64,000 nucleotides of DNA, taken from positions 79,697 through 143,696 of the forward strand of contig NW_004797758.1 of the NCBI RefSeq assembly GCF_000002075.1. Reading direction: 5' to 3'. A program made the translations under genes and the position numbers. The stretch comes from Aplysia californica (lineage: Eukaryota). The notes below the pieces were generated by a model. It did no database searches, was not told the origin of the DNA, and saw nothing but the letters and a program-made list of their open reading frames with translations. Of the stretch, positions 1 through 11,879 are shown one piece after another (position 1 is the stretch's first letter; each line of letters starts with the position of its first letter).

Positions 1-987
1 TGAAAAAAATTGGGCTATGAATTTGCACTACTATGAACATGTTTTGTAAGTTTCATGTCTTTTCAGCAATAACTTTCCATTTTATTGATGTCTGAAATCA
101 GTCTTTTTAGCATTTTTGAATTAACATTATGCATCGAGGAGTAATTTTTTTCCAATTTTAAGTCTCTGTATTGGCTTAATCTAAACTCTGATTGTCCTCT
201 TCTTGGTATTTTGCATAGTTTATACTGGCACCTGTTGAAACAAATGATAATACACACTTTATGTACCTGAATATATTTTCTGTGAACTCACAAAATCGCA
301 CTTTTTAACATGATTTTAAAGTTGCCAAAAATTTACGGCGTCCACAAATTTCAAACGCCTGTCATTTTTTTTATTTATTGTCCGATTTCTATAATTCAAA
401 CACCAAAGTTCATGGTTTGTATAGTTCTTTATGATGCAACAAACATAAGTTTGATCAAAGCACTTTGAAATTTGGGTTTGTGGTACCTAGTGTAAATAAG
501 TGATTTTCACCAAAACCCTGAATTACTATACTTGAGCTGATACCCCACGACACGTTGATACAACTTTTAATTTTCAAACACTTCTGTTTCACTGATGTTA
601 AAAATCTGAAAATTTCCAAAACAGAGTCAAGAGCTGAATACCGGGCATTTGATAGACATTACGACCAACACAAATATTACTGTCTTTGTATTTTCATTTG
701 ACATTTTCTTAAAATCCCGAACTTTCATTTTTATGCCTCATTTTGAGAATATATTTCCCATACACTGGGTCACAAAAAAATTTTTATTAAAAGAAGTGAG
801 CCCTTGTAATATCACAGCATAATAATTTACTGTGGACAAATACAAAGAAACACATGTGTACCCATTTTTTTAAAAACATATTGGAAGTTATAGAAGCACA
901 GACAAACTTGGCCCCGACTGTTCTTTGCCTTTTTTACCTGATGGTACAGGAAGAGAGTCAGTAAGTAAGTATGAGACCAGCACTCAC

Positions 988-3900
988 CATCAACAACATG
1001 AGCATCCGCCAGCAGGGCCAGCCGGTCCTCCATGGTGGTGACCACCTTGAGCTGCTTGCCGCGGAACACATAGAAGAGCTCGCCCTCCTCCAGCACGTGG
1101 TGCTCGCAGACCTTGCGCATTGAGCGCTTGAAGGTGTTGTGGCTGTTGGGCGGGTACTGGGCAGTCGCCTTGTACAACCAGATGGCAGAGTAGTAGGTAT
1201 CTAGCTCCATCTGAACAATACAGTAAAACCTTTATAGCACAAGCTTTCCAGGACCATAAAATTTGTTTGCGTTGAGCAGGCTGATCTTAGTTTTTGGAAG
1301 AGTTCTTGGGAACTTGCAAACACAAGTAGGTCATACAAGTGCTGAATATTAGAGGTGTTACTAGACAGCAACATACAAGTAAAAGAAGAAAAGGTGGAGA
1401 GATATGGACGATGGATGTTTGAAATGAAAGAAGGAGCAAACGACACCAGAGCACCCCACCAACCCCTCATGCAGACTTCATGTTAAGGGAAGTTATATTG
1501 TATAGAAAAAAGAGAAAAATAGAAATTGTGGAGTAATTCCTGAGATGACAGAATTGCCAGCGACAAAATAAATCAAAAGAGTCATGCTGAGTTATAATTT
1601 ACAGCAAATCAAAACACAAAAACCACCATAATTCAAAAGCTTATATGAGATCAAGAATTTTGGGGTTTGAACATTAACATAAAACCCAATTAAATTAATC
1701 TGCCTAGCACTCCAAAAGGAAAACTTCATTGCGAAAATGACATGGTTTGTGCACTGATGTACATGAGCACAATGTTCAAATGTGGGCTGAGTTTATGGGT
1801 GATGAGCTTTGTTTGACTGTGAAATGCAATTTTTTCTTCCTAAGTTTTAGGGATGGGATGTTGGCTTCAACCTGAATTATTAAATGCTCACCTTAAAGAG
1901 ATAGGCATCACCAGTGAGAGATAACTACCTGGGTAAGTAGACCAAGAGCCTTGAAAACTTCCCAAACAACCCACAAAAACGAAACAATGTGAACCAAACC
2001 CAAGGTCATTCACACCATAGTCTCCTCCCCCGTGATACAAACAAAAAAGCTCATCAAATGTCGAGCACAATGAGCAAAAGGACAACTTACCTCAACTTCA
2101 ATATCATCCTCGCTAAAAGCATTCTTGTCCAGATCACTGCTTTCTTTAACATTCTCTAAGGTCGCAGTTTTCTCATTCCTTGCTGCTGGCTGACCTACTC
2201 TGGGATTCGAAACTGAAAGCCATGATTTTCGTTTTGGACCACGCACTGCAAAAAATAAAAAAAAATAAAAAATTATAGATAGAACAAATCTCATGATCAA
2301 TGCTATTGTCTCCTTCACGTCAAAAACATTACAGACTTAACACTTACAGAACATTTTTCAGCTGTCTTGAGGTCAAAGAGTTGAAATATCTATTCAAAAT
2401 TATCAAACAATCTTTCCTGGCCTATGTTTAAAATTGACTTGTAAAGCCATATTCCTGGAAACCTAAAAACATCAAGTCTTGGAAGAATACTCTTTATCAT
2501 GTAATGGGATCTATACTTAAATGCATCTTTCAATCAGCTAGCAGTACAATGTTTTACTCACTTGTTTCTGTCTGTCAAATTAAAAGAGACCAGATCAGAT
2601 ACCCAATGAGCACAAAGAGCATCTCATTGCAAGAGACAAAAATGGGTATACAGAGGACACACAGAGTACCTCACCTTCCTTAAGACAAAGATTCTGAGAA
2701 ATCTTAATTTACTTACCAGAGTTACAACCCTCATGTGCCCCATCCTCCGACAGAGCTCCATTGTCCTCACTGCCTCCGCCCGCCGTTCTGTGAGATTTCT
2801 TCGGCTTACGACCTGATCTCCGCTGTGGGACACTCTCGCTAAGATCATTGACACTGGCCAGGGTAATGACCTGCTTGATATCAGGGACACAGCACTGGAG
2901 GTAGTCAGACATAGCCGCTTCCACACACTGCTCTGTCTGTGCAGTGGTCAAGGAGATTTCTCCATTACTTGAGTCTTTTGGAGGGAGGATAGAAGCAGGA
3001 AATGATGGTTCTCTGGAAGACAAAAAATTTGGGTGAATTAGCTTCAGCTTTTTAAGTATTATTTCATGACTGATTTAATTCCACGTTCACAGATTTCAGT
3101 ACTGTAAATAATTAGGAAAAATTTTTAATCACATTGATGCTGCTAAGTGAACACCTTATTTCACAGCATTCTTAATATTTTAACTTTTTATCTCCAGAGG
3201 GGGCTTTCCCACTATGCCAGGGCCCTGTTTTAGTACAAAACTTGAAGTAGACATATACGTCTCTCGACTGGTCATCAAATCAAACAAATGAACCTATTTT
3301 GATAGCTCTTTTTCTGAGGAAAGAACTCCCAATAAAAGAGACCTGTTTTCAGCAATTACTGAAAATTAGTGTAATACTGAGTGCAAATTCCTCAGCTCAC
3401 TATTGGCCCACTTCAAAATTATAAAGTGCATGTGCAACTACAACATCCCTTTCAAGATAACAAACTTTTCAGCAAGAATGCTTACAATATCTCATGCATA
3501 CAGCTTTAAAAAATGGCAAAGCAGTGAAACTTTCAACCTTTTACATGACTGTACATGCACCCTTACACACACACACACACACCTGTTCATCAACAGGTAA
3601 GCCGGGCTAAAGTCTGAAGCAGCTGTGAGCGAGTTGCGGGCTGGGATGAGGCAGAGGTCCAGACAGGTGTGCCAAGAGTCTGTGTACTGCTCTGAGAAAC
3701 TCTGCACTAACTGTAGCAAATGGCTCCAGTGCTCATCTAAATGGAAAGAAAATTTGTATTTATTTTTTCTCATTAATTTCCTAATGCAAATGAAGAAAAG
3801 ACTGTAGTCATTCTTCTTCATTAATCATATCTCTGTGCAAACTGAAAAGCAATTGAGCTTCTCTTCTTCTTCAATTTCCCTATGAAATTCTACAAAGCTC

Positions 3901-6900
3901 ACAAAATCCACTGACATATTATGAATAAATTTACAAAAACTGATAAAGGATTGAGATGCTCTTCTACAATAATATTTCTTTGTTAAATACTCACAAGTCC
4001 ATTGACATCTTTATTAGCTGAGTGGTTGCTATGGCACATTTCATACCAAACCTGCTAAACACAGAGACAGTTGAGGTTGGAGTTTAGCAAAACCCTTTCT
4101 TTATTCAGAATATCTTTCCTCAGCCCAAAAGCCCAGAGTAGGAGACATAGATCTTTCAAATGATTTATTCTCCATCTCAATATAATTTAAGTACAGTATC
4201 ATTTGAGGTACCAACTAACTAGGTGGTATGAAAGTGCCACTGGAATGTTCTGCATTTTTCTTCCCTCTGTTGCTTCTGTCAGTCTGGCATGCTTTCCCAG
4301 CACTAACCTCCCACTTTGTTTTTTATGAAATGTAGACGTTTTAACACTAACATCAATACAACTGAGATCATTTAGAAGGTGGACTTTGACCCTCACTGTC
4401 TGAGCCAATCCAGGCTGAAATGGATATTCGTCTCACCAGAAAGATCAAGATCCTCAATAAAAATTCTCCCTACTACACAAAATCAAACTCAGGTCTTCTG
4501 CATGCGACTGTAAAACGCCCAACCGCAACACCATAGATGCCAGTCCTTCATACTTTAAAGTCATTTATTCTCTCATACGTAGTTTAACTCAGACAAAACC
4601 AAACAGCAAAACAACCTACCTACAGGGTTGTACTTCTCTAGACTAACTGCCACAGCGTAGTGCTGCAAGTTCTGAGCAATGCCACCACTGTCCAGGCTCT
4701 GATCCTGAAGTAAGTCATTGGCCAGCAAAATCACTTCTTCCATCACACCATACCTGTGCCACAGGGAGACAAACACAAAACAGACAATCATATCGATTTG
4801 AATATTTCAGAACGCTCAGTTTTTTTCTCCAACTTAAGAAGTATAGATGGAGTCTGAACACACTCCAGTCAAACACATAATATTCACTTCAAGTATAGTT
4901 TTAAAACAGATCAAGAGCGTTTCTGAGCACATACTTGACACAAATTTCAATAACTTAAAACACTTTTTAGGGCCTGGCTGAAGAGTCATGCTCTAAAAGA
5001 GAATAATCAGGCTAGGTATTTCTATGTACAATTAATGTTATATTGCAATGACTTTCAGTTTACCAACCCACCTTGCGATGAGTCTTAGCAGAAACTGTGA
5101 AACGTATTTCTCGTTGAGCTTCTCAAGAACGTGAACCTCTGGCCACTTTGAGAAACCGTCAAGAGCAGCAGCCACATAAGTTTTTTTCCTCTTTTTATAC
5201 TGTAGTGGGCCTATGATTTGCACCTCAACCTAGAAAAAAAAAACAAGCAAGGAAAGAACTATAAGAAATAGGCTTCAATGCCAATCACCAAAGAGCAGGA
5301 ATGGCAAAATCTCTCAATAGCCACAAAAGTCCCAACAGATCAATTTGGAAAAAATCATAAGTGTCAAAGAAAAATATAAAAGCAATAAGAAAAGAAGAAA
5401 CAAAAGCCTGCACAAAAAGGAAATGTGAAATTCAAACACATTTTATTTACACAGAATACCATAGAAAACACCAGGGTATCCTTATTCAATTTGCTCTATT
5501 TTAAGACACGAGTAAGACATAAATTCTAATTTCTCAATTTTTTTTAAAATTACATTTTTTTTCTACTCTAATATTCTGTACTTCTGTGTACTTTAGAAGA
5601 AACGATTATTTGCTGAGTCTGAAACACACTCAAATCAAAATTATCTTTAAAAAAAAAAAAAAAAAGAAACAATGAAATATCACAGAATTTCCACACAAGC
5701 AATTAGTTTTTTAAACAGATTTGTGGGCTTCAGAAGACTGATTTTTTTCTCTCTCTCTGTGACTTACAGTACAGTGGCAATTTCTATAATTACAGGAGTA
5801 ACTGTTTTAGCTACGATGGGAACACATCTATCCAACACAAGGTACATAAGGCTAGTGTCCACAAACCTTTTGCCAAAACCTCCGAGCTACGTCAAAATCC
5901 ACTCTGGGATCAAACACGGAATCGGTGACAACAGAGCTTGGGTCAAAATCAAGGTCAGAGTCAACTGTTTCTGGTTCGTGTAACTCAGCAGTCACAATAT
6001 ACTGCATCTCCGTCGAAACATCCTCTTGTTTAGCTGTGACTGGTGCCAGCTTATCCTGTAGCTCTTTTTTCTCCCCACCAGTAGCACTTCCACAGCTCGT
6101 TGTGGGGATTTCCGGTTCAACAGCCGGTACAACTTCGCTGAAGTGGCTCTGTTGAAAATTTGACACTGCAGGACGATTTGCCAGGCAAACAACACAGTTC
6201 TTGAGGACTTTCCGCACTGTACTGGCCATGCCCACCCAGTAATACTTGGAGGACAAAGCGTTTAAGGTACGTTCGGTTCCCATATGAACACCTGCATAAT
6301 GAAAGTTCAGAAATGTATTAAATTTAAAAACAAAAGCTTTTGTAAATGAAAGCATTCAAAAATGCATCGCACAAGCTCAGGAAGAAATAGGCTTACATTT
6401 CAAGTAAAATTCATATAATTTCAAAAATTGTCGTACTGAAATACAAGAGGACAGATAGGGCTCTCACAGAGTCAATTTTACTTTCTAACATATATATTAA
6501 TTAATATTGCACTATGATATTAGATCATCATATCTTTTTAAAAAATGGTTAAATAGTAAGGGTTTAATGCCCCTATCAACACTTCTAGTAGGTAAGCAGC
6601 TTAATTTGAGAGGCAGGACCTCCAAATTGAATATTCATCTCCAAAAGGACAGAGCCAAAAATAGGAAATTCATGTAAAATGCCTTTCCCAAGGGCACAAT
6701 GTTGGACTGAGGTGAGGCTCAACATACCATAGAGGTCTATAAAAACTATCAATAATATTTATGACGTGGCGCACCAGCAAGACTCAAGAACAGGGGTAGC
6801 TTTACTAACTGGATTTTTAGAATCATTTCTTTAGCTTTCCAGTGACACTGAATCAGCACCAAACTTTTCCAGCTTTTTTTTCCCGTTTTTCCAACCTTAA

Positions 6901-9218
6901 AATGCTAAATTAATCTTAGACTAACCACGTTCTGATTTCTTTACACATTCATGAAGTGTCTGCTCACAAGAAATGAATCATGTATCAGTTGTCATTGTCA
7001 TCCACATGTCACAAGAAGTTGGTCTCTACCTCTATGTATCTGCATAGTTTTCATATTCTTCCTTAGTTGTATGCAGGCTGCCAGTGAGACCTGGCATAAA
7101 ATCCATAAAAAAACAAGGCCCCACTGCCGCGATATAGATATGTGACTCAAAACCACACACAACCAGTTACATAGATTATTGTATTCATGTCTGCGTATAA
7201 ACATTTCAAATCGTTTTGCAGTCGTTATAAACATAATATAGCAAATTCAATGACAAAAGGTTTCAATATTATGGTGTGGAAATGGAATTGTGTAAATAAT
7301 GTAATGGCTGAATGATGAGTATAAAACGTTTTCAATGTGCTAAAAATCACACAACACTGCAAACTTGGCGTGAAAATCACACACAGGGCGGGGAGTGGAC
7401 GAGAGGAGGTGTACCACGGGGTGGGAAGAAGAATAATTATTGGCTGAATGAGGATTCNNNNNNNNNNNNNNNNNNNNNNNNNNNNNNNNNNNNNNNNNNN
7501 NNNNNNNNNNNNNNNNNNNNNNNNNNNNNNNNNNNNNNNNNNNNNNNNNNNNNNNNNCCCCCCTAAAACTTGAGTGTCGATTAGAATCGACTAAGAGACG
7601 AAAATATCTATTAATGTACTCTCTAAGGGGGTCGTTTTTAACAAGTACTGAGTACTGCCAGTATCAATTAGTAGTCCACCACTACCCCCCCCTGAAATCC
7701 CCCTGAAATCCCCCAGATTTTTTTTAGGTAAAAAAAAGTCATTAAATGCAAATGGTCAAGTATAGTTCGTATGAAAGTATATCCATAAATCTATAAATAT
7801 AAACTTTATATTTAAGTAATAATTTGCGGTGGATATAAAGTCAGAATTTGTGTAAGAACGGATCCGTAGTTTGTGTAAAGCAGACTAAAAATGAAAAGGA
7901 AAAATGTTTTAGTTCTGAACATTCAGACAGGTCCAAGAGTAAAATACCTTCCTATTATTATTTGACATCGGGAGGGGGGAAGGGGGGTCCAAAGCACAGA
8001 AATTTTTAGTACTGCAGTACTATCTAGAGTAATTGTACAGGGTCGGGCAGCACGGTTTTTTTTTTTGCTGTCAGGCACAGGAGTACAAAAAGATCGTTTA
8101 AAACTTTGTTTAAATATCTAGCCCCAAAAGAGTGGCACACAAAGCTAAAGCAACCTCCCTTACTTTCGTTGAAACAACAGTTACGGCGATATTTTGCTAA
8201 AAATAGTCCTTAAGACAGCTTTTTCTTCATCAACTGAGCAAAACAGCATGAAGCTCTTTCCCCGGAAGAGTCAACATTGGTTGTGGATGAAGGCTGTGGC
8301 CTAGAGAGTTATTTGCATATGAGGCCCTATCAAGGATGAAAGAGAATTTGCAGTCGCCGTTTTTGCCCAAATGGGTGGTGCCCGGATTGTAACAAAATCC
8401 GTAGTTTCTCATTCTTCGGGCACATATAAGATAATATAGTGCCAATGGTTGTTTTATAGAGAATCAACTATTTCAAAAACCATGTCATTAGGCCTAATTT
8501 ACGCAGAAATGGAGGACGGTATACCACGGTATTTTGTGTTTACCCATCAATAAAATACTAAAAATTTAAGAAATTGGGCACTCAGTTACAGTAACTATGA
8601 CACCTAGAATCTATTTCTATAGATCTAGATCTAGATATATCTCTAGATCTAGATTTTCTAGATCTAGAATCTAGATTTAGATCTAGATTTTAGATTCTAT
8701 CATGTGTGGTACAGGAGGAAAAGTAAAAGAATAACAATTATTTAAGAGTGAGGGAGAGATCTAATATTTTTTATGACTGTGTCGGTCATGGATTCATGGA
8801 CATGGAAGCTCTAGTCTGCTAGAATTCTCAGTGTTTTTTCTTAAAATTGTACACACCCCATCCCAAAAAGGACCCCAAAATGAAAAGTGACGCCACAGAA
8901 AAATGGCCCTGGCAAAAGAGGCCTACCTTCAGCAGTAACATGCATCTGTGAGACGACAGAAAACTGGGTTTTTGGTGTAATGACAGCTCGACGTAAATTC
9001 GCCTTATCTGAGCCCGGGTTTGGATCCGGTGGTTCTCCTTCCAGTCGCTTGGGACGAACAATGTAGTGTAATTCTCCATCTTCGATTTTGAAGGACTCTG
9101 ATCTCTTCCGCACCGACCGTTTATCTGTCGGTGTCGACCCACTTGGGTAGGTGCCGCACAACAGATATTGCTTGATAACCGCAAGGCTGATATGCGTATT
9201 ACTAGATTTTCGCCGCAT
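988..9218 (-). CDS. Domesticated Gypsy/Ginger-type integrase-like protein (GIN1-like), multi-exon, 3'-incomplete (continues past the left edge)
   Basis: Exons (minus): 9218-8927, 6291-5867, 5229-5072, 4753-4620, 3736-3583, 3012-2717, 2245-2091, 1210-988. All introns are GT-AG and the phases chain (1,0,2,1,2,1,0,1) into at least 612 open codons. Integrase motifs: YLLCGTYP..KRSVRKRSESFKIEDGELHY; HHCC finger (QMHVTAEGVHMGTERT..KYYWVGM..VLKNCVVC); FWQKVEVQIIGPL; DGFSKWPEV; IARYGV; W..CL..ARNS..SDFSPAYLLMNREP. Exon 8 starts a second N-terminal module. Confidence 0.85.
7458..7557. other. Assembly gap (100 N) in intron 1 of the integrase-like gene
   Basis: Run of N bases. Confidence 0.99.
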
Positions 9219-9299
9219 CTTATGTTCCTGTACAGTCTTCCTCAATGAGAATCCAGAAGTTGTAAGATTTTCATAGATCCCAATCACGAACTGCACGGG

Positions 9300-9850
9300 G
9301 TGACCACTCAAACCTGCACTCCATGATGTAAAGACCCGGATAAATTTTGGGTTTATAAGAAGGAAGAGCTTCTGAAAAGGCCGGAAGTAACTTTGAAGTG
9401 GGCTCCATTAGGGTTATTTAAGCTGGTACATATTTTTTGTGGAATATAAATTATTGAGTGTTTACATTGTCCATCATGAAATATGGGTTGCAATTTTTAA
9501 TTTTCTATCGTTATTTAAGTTCGTGAGTGAAATCTGTGTCTGTATTCATGTTATATGCGTTTATATTCAGCGAAGGAACAGATATACGAACAGGCCTTCT
9601 TCTTCCTCAGATTGGTTACCTCTGTACGTAAAATCTGGATTTAATCGAAAACGAAAGCGAAAGGAAAAAGAATGTTTGCATTGCAGTCGTTCTTGCTGTG
9701 TTTGGAATCTTCGCCTTGAGATTGGCAATAGCAATCACTCATCTTTATGATTGCTGTTTAACAGTTTTACTTTTCTAGACGTGTATTCCTCATGTAAGGA
9801 GTACTTTTGCCTGATGTCTCACTTTTTCGACGGACGTTTGGTCGAGGTCG
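9300..9850. promoter_or_regulatory. Probable bidirectional promoter between the integrase-like gene and the JmjC gene
   Basis: CpG-richer than the background. ETS-type CCGGAAGT near 9381 and a reversed CCAAT (GATTGG) near 9610. The first JmjC coding exon begins at a splice acceptor (ttacag|15537), so a non-coding first exon must lie upstream. Confidence 0.45.
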
Positions 9851-10659
9851 TGACAGTTGTTGTTTGCCACTCTTCTGAACTCAGTTCAGAACTGGATAAT
9901 CTGGTTTTGGCCCCAACGACAACTACTATGGAGCGTGATGTCAAACCTAATTGCAGAACATTAAACTGTGGTTAAATTCAGGAGGGCATGCCCCCCGTGA
10001 AAACCCCCATATTTTTATTTTTAGTCAGAGGGACAATACTAGCCCCACTGAAAAACCACCCTTATTACATACCCTTATAAATTATAATCAAGTTAAGTAG
10101 GGGCCAAGAAGATTACTGTTCATTTTAGTTTTGTACTGAAAAATTAAATAGCAGCGCTTCTCTTGCCTAGCATCTGCGTTTGTTGCCATTTTTTTGTCCA
10201 TATGTTGCCAAAAGTTGCCACAAAAATGGCAAAAGTTGCCATTAATTTTCAAGCTTTCAACTCTATGTGATGATTATATGGCAATATGTAGACTAGATCT
10301 AGAGGTAACTTAATAATCTAAAGTACCAGAATTTCTTGTGCTCTGTTTTAAGCATCAAGAATATGATTTGTAGCCACACAGAGTGTAAAAAAAAAAGGTG
10401 TGAAAAAAGAAAGGTTTCACAACAGAATAAATCAAAATTAGAACAGAACATAAACAACCACAAAAATTTTAAAATATGTGCGTATGTCCACCAATCTGAA
10501 GATTGACAGTTTCAACCCTAAACGTGTGTATTTCAAGAAAAACTACAGGATATTACATGTGTAAATTATGGAGTCACACACAAGGGGCCTGCATTGTCAG
10601 TATTTGGTTTTGGTGGACACGCTCTAACATTATAACACATTTATTAATTAATTTTTTTT

Positions 10660-11170
10660 GGTAAGTGTTTTACGGTGCTCGCAACTGCATAAGGTCATAT
10701 GAGCGCACAGGACACACCTAATATTTTCAGTTGGTAGGAAATTTTTGAATTTTGCCTGGGTGGCGGCTGAAGCCTTATCGATTTTAGACCTCCAAGGGAT
10801 CTTTAATGTGCGCAACTTGCACACGAGCCCTCTAAGATTTTTCGGCCTTGTCCGAGAAGGCTAGGTGTAGATCTTTCCTACCAGAAGATCAGGGGTGTGG
10901 CTGAAGAAAGACAGCAGTAAGAAGGAGCCAAGGAGTAGCAGTAGAAAGGCTGCAGAAAGAGTCAGGAGCCCAGAGAAGGGGGCAAAGGAGGTGAGGGGGA
11001 GGGGGCAGAGAGAGGAGACGAATGCAGACGATAGAACATTGCTAGAGAGCAGGAAGGAGGTGAAAGGAGACAATTTTAGAGAAGAAAAGGTTTCGGTCAC
11101 TACCCGGATTCGAACCCGGCACCTTTGAATGAGAAGCCAACACCTTAACCTCTTGGTCAAGAGAGCCCAC
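10660..11170 (-). mobile_element. tRNA-derived SINE, apparently full length
   Basis: The minus-strand head GGGCTCTCTTGACCAAGAGGTTAAGG...GGTTCGAATCCGGG has pol III A and B boxes. Central motif GCACATTAAAGATCCC. 3' tail GCGCTCATATGACCTTATGCAGTTGCGAGCACCGTAAAAC followed by an A-rich end. A second copy lies at about 18330-18720. Confidence 0.8.
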
Positions 11171-11188
11171 ATAACACGCACACGCACG

Positions 11189-11226
<38 letters not shown>

Positions 11227-11879
11227 AGGTAGGAACAATTAACATACCCTATCTATACAAACAAACAACAACAACAACAAAATAGAAAAACAACAGAACA
11301 AAAACAAGAAAAAAATTAACGAACTAACAAATTAAAATACAACAAAGAGTAAAAAATAAAAGAGGAACAGCAATACAAATAGTAAGTAATGTACTTATAT
11401 ATTATTCACATGAAAATAACAAATCAACGAGATGTAAATAAGTGAGAAAGAGACGAAGTGAAGCTAAAGTGAAAAAACTTTCTTTCTAAAAGTAAAGAGG
11501 TTCGGGGTTTTTTTGTTGTTTTTTTTAGTTGATTTTTATTCCCCGGCGGTGTTGTTGTTGTTGTTGGTGGGGTTTTTTGTTGTTGTTTTTTAATGCAAAA
11601 ATCGCTGCCGCAATTCACGGACCAAAAAATGCCAAAAATCGTGGCCGCGACAAACGCAGATTCTAGTCTTGCTTTCTTCCACTTCAAATAAAACATCGAT
11701 ACCGAGTTATTAAATCAATATAGATATCCAGTACTCTTGGGGCCAAAACCGGAGAATGCCGAAATTTGTTTTGTGTGATGTCTGACTTTGAACTGACCAC
11801 TGCACTGCGCTCACACACAAATAGTAATTGGACTCTACCTTCGTTATGACCGACCTTTAATGCTCCTGACCCTGAATCA

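Noticed and set aside
988-9311. Active LTR retrotransposon or intact Ginger transposon
   Set aside because: No gag, protease, RT, RNase H, LTR or TIR; host-type introns; catalytic residues substituted. The ORF-track start at 9311 is a non-ATG codon, so ATG 9218 was preferred.
11090-11168. tRNA gene on the minus strand
   Set aside because: A and B boxes are present, but the sequence runs straight into a SINE body and tail, and the acceptor stem is poor.
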